64,000 bases of DNA from assembly GCF_004010195.1 (NCBI RefSeq), contig NC_057751.1, positions 108,979-172,978 on the forward strand, written 5' to 3'. Position 1 is the first letter of the stretch; every line of letters begins with the position of its first letter. The position numbers were made by a program, and so were the translations under genes. A model generated the notes under the pieces. It had not been told where the DNA came from. It ran no database searches and saw nothing but the letters and a program-made list of their open reading frames with translations. This DNA comes from Chiloscyllium plagiosum (Eukaryota). Below are positions 61,545 to 64,000 of this stretch, in pieces.

Positions 61545-64000
61545 CTCGTGGTAGGACACTCAATAGTTAGAGGAGCAGACAGGAGATTCTGCGGCCGTGA
61601 ACAGGATTCCCGTAAGGTAGGTTGCCTCCCAGGTGCCAGGGTCCGGCAAGTCTTTGATTAAATCTACAAGATTCCAAAGGGGCAAGGTGAGCAGCCAAAA
61701 GTGGTGCACATTGGCACCAATGACATAGCCAGGAAAAGGGATGAGGATCTAAAAAGTGCTTTCAGGGAGTTAGGTTGGAATCTAAAAAACAGGACAAGCA
61801 AAGTAATCTAAGGATTACTACTGGTGCCACGTGCTAATGAGGTGAGGAACAGGGAGAGAGTGCAGCTAAACACGTGGCTACAGGGTTGGTGCAGGAGGGA
61901 GGGCTACAGATACGTAGGTTATTGAGGAATCTTCTGGGGAAGGTGGGACCTGTACATGAAGGACAGGTTGCACTTAAACTGGAGGGGCACTCGTGTCCTG
62001 GGCGGGAGATTTGCCAGAGCACTTTGGGAGGGTTCAAACTCCATTTTGGCAGGGGGATGGAAACCAGAGCTACAGACTCGAGGTAGTTGTTGAACAGGCA
62101 GAAATAGAATGTATAGAATATGTCAGGAAAGATGCACAGTTGATAGGGCAAAAGGGATGGGTATAAGTGCGTCAGTTTCAATGCAAGGAGTGTCAGATTA
62201 ACTCAGTACGTTGAGGGGAGGCGCCATTCTAGACTTGGTGCTCGGAAACGAGCCGGGGCAGGTATCAGATCTTGTGGTGAGAGCGCATTTTGGAGATAGT
62301 GACCACAACTGCCTCACATTCTACATAGCTATGGAGAAGGAGAGGATGAGGCAAAATGGGAGGATATTTAAATGGGGAAGAGGTAACTATGATGCGATTA
62401 GACATGAGTTAGGAAGCATGGACTGGGAGCAATTGTTCCATGGTAAAGGCACTATAGACATGTGGAGACTGTTCAAGGAACAGTTGTTGCAAGTGATGAA
62501 TAAATATGTCCCTCTGAGACAGGCAAGTAGTGGTAAGATAAAGGAACCATTGGATGACGAGAGCGATGGAGCTTCTCATCAAAAGGAAAAAGGTAGCTTA
62601 CATAAGGTGGAGAAAGCTAGGGGTCAAGCTCAGCTCTAGAGGATTACAGGCAGGCGAGGAAGGAGCTCAAAAATGGTCTGAGGAGAGCCAGGAGAGGGCA
62701 CAAGAAAGGCTTGGCAGAACGGATTAGGGAGAACACAAAGGCATTTTACATGTATGTGAGGAATAAGAGAATGGTCAAAGAAAGAGTAGGGCCAATCAGG
62801 GATAGCATAGGGAATTTTGTGTGTGCAGTCCGAAGAGGTAGGGGAAGCCCTAAATGAGTTTTTTGCTTCTGTCTTTCCGAAAGAAACAAACTTTGTAGTG
62901 AATGAAACCTTTGAAGAGCAGGTGTGCATGCTGTAATGGATAGAGATAGAGGAAACTGATGTGCTGAAAATTTTGTCAAACATTAAGATTGGCAAGTTGC
63001 CAGGCCCGGACCAGATTTGTCCTCGGCTGTTTTGGGAAACAAGAAATGCAATTGCTTTGCCACTTGCGAAGATCTTTGCATCCTCACTCTCCACTGGAGT
63101 CGTACTTGAGGGCTGGAGAGAGACAAATGTAATTCCTCTCTTCAAGAAAGGAAAATAGGGAAATCCCTGGCAATTACAGACCAGTCACTCTCATGTCTGT
63201 TGACTGCAAGGTGTTAGAAAGGATTCTGAGGGATAGGATTTATGACCATCTGGAAGAGCATGGCTTGATTAAATACAGTCAGCACGGCTTTGAGGGGGGC
63301 AGGTCATGCCTCACAAACCTGATAGAGTTCTTTGAGGATGTCACGAGAAAAGTTGATGAGGGTCGAGCTGTGGATGTGGTGTATATGGACGTCAGCAAGG
63401 CATTTGATAAGGTTCCCCATGGTAGGCTCATTCAGAAGGTCAGGAGGAATGGGATACAGGGGAACTTAGCTGTCTGGATACAGAATTAGCTGGCCAACAG
63501 AAGACAGTGAGTGGTAGTAGAAGGAAAATATTCTGCCTGGAAGTCAGTGGCGAGTGGTGTTCCATAGGGCTCTGTCTTTGTAATGTTTGTACTGTTTGTA
63601 ATTTTTATTAATGACTTGGATGAGGGAGTCGAAGGGTGGGTCAGTAAATTTGCAGATGATACGAAGATTGGTGGAGTTGTGGATAGTGAGGAGGGCTCTT
63701 GTCGGCTGCAAAGGGACTTGGATATGATGCAGAGCTGGGCTGAGGAGTGGCAAATGGAGTTCAATCCTGTCAAGTGTGAGGTTGTCCATTTTGGAAAAAC
63801 AAATAAGAATGCGGAATACAGGGCTAACGGTAGGGTTCTTAGTGAGGTGCAGGAGCAGAGGGATCTTGGGGTCTATGTTTCAGAGGAGGTTTACTAGGAT
63901 GCTGCCTGGACTGGAGGGCTTGTCTTATGAAGAGAGGTTGACTGAGCTCGGACTTTTTTCATTGGAGAAAAGGAGGAGGTGAGGGGACCTAATTGAGGTA
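61545..64000 (+). mobile_element. CR1 LINE (ORF1 esterase, partial endonuclease, RT), decayed, runs off the window
   Basis: CLPGARV and VHIGTND esterase motifs, AILDLVL, GDSDHN, SCLTNLIEFF, FADDTK. Confidence 0.92.

Noticed and set aside
1..64000. CRISPR arrays, rRNA genes, prokaryotic operons, or an intact autonomous retroelement
   Set aside because: No repeat-spacer array or rRNA-like sequence seen; all RT, integrase and endonuclease frames are broken by stops, frameshifts or deletions

Overview
Eukaryotic, intron-containing, transposon-rich vertebrate DNA. It is most likely from a shark (inference from HE1-type V-SINEs, abundant CR1/HER1-type LINEs and DeuSINE-like remnants). I reconstructed three host genes by hand from GT-AG splice sites with consistent phases. 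(1) A complete TGOLN2 (TGN38/46) gene on + (4 coding exons, 25631-30007, 308 aa, YQRL signal). (2) A complete short-prodomain caspase-3-like gene on - (4 exons, 49998-44414, 261 aa) with intact SHG and QACRG but a non-canonical S1 pocket. (3) The last four coding exons of a CCAR2/DBC1-like gene on - (61167-56283). The rest is nested, decayed retroelements: many CR1 LINEs, two Gmr1-type Gypsy elements (integrase upstream of RT, SCAN-like gag; one internally inverted), a Rex1/Babar-type LINE, SINEs, solo LTRs, and several Penelope-like element (PLE) fragments whose termini carry minimal hammerhead ribozyme motifs. Most ORFs in the supplied track are LINE fragments or antisense shadows. All family calls come from motif recognition only; no database searches were run, and repeat boundaries are approximate.
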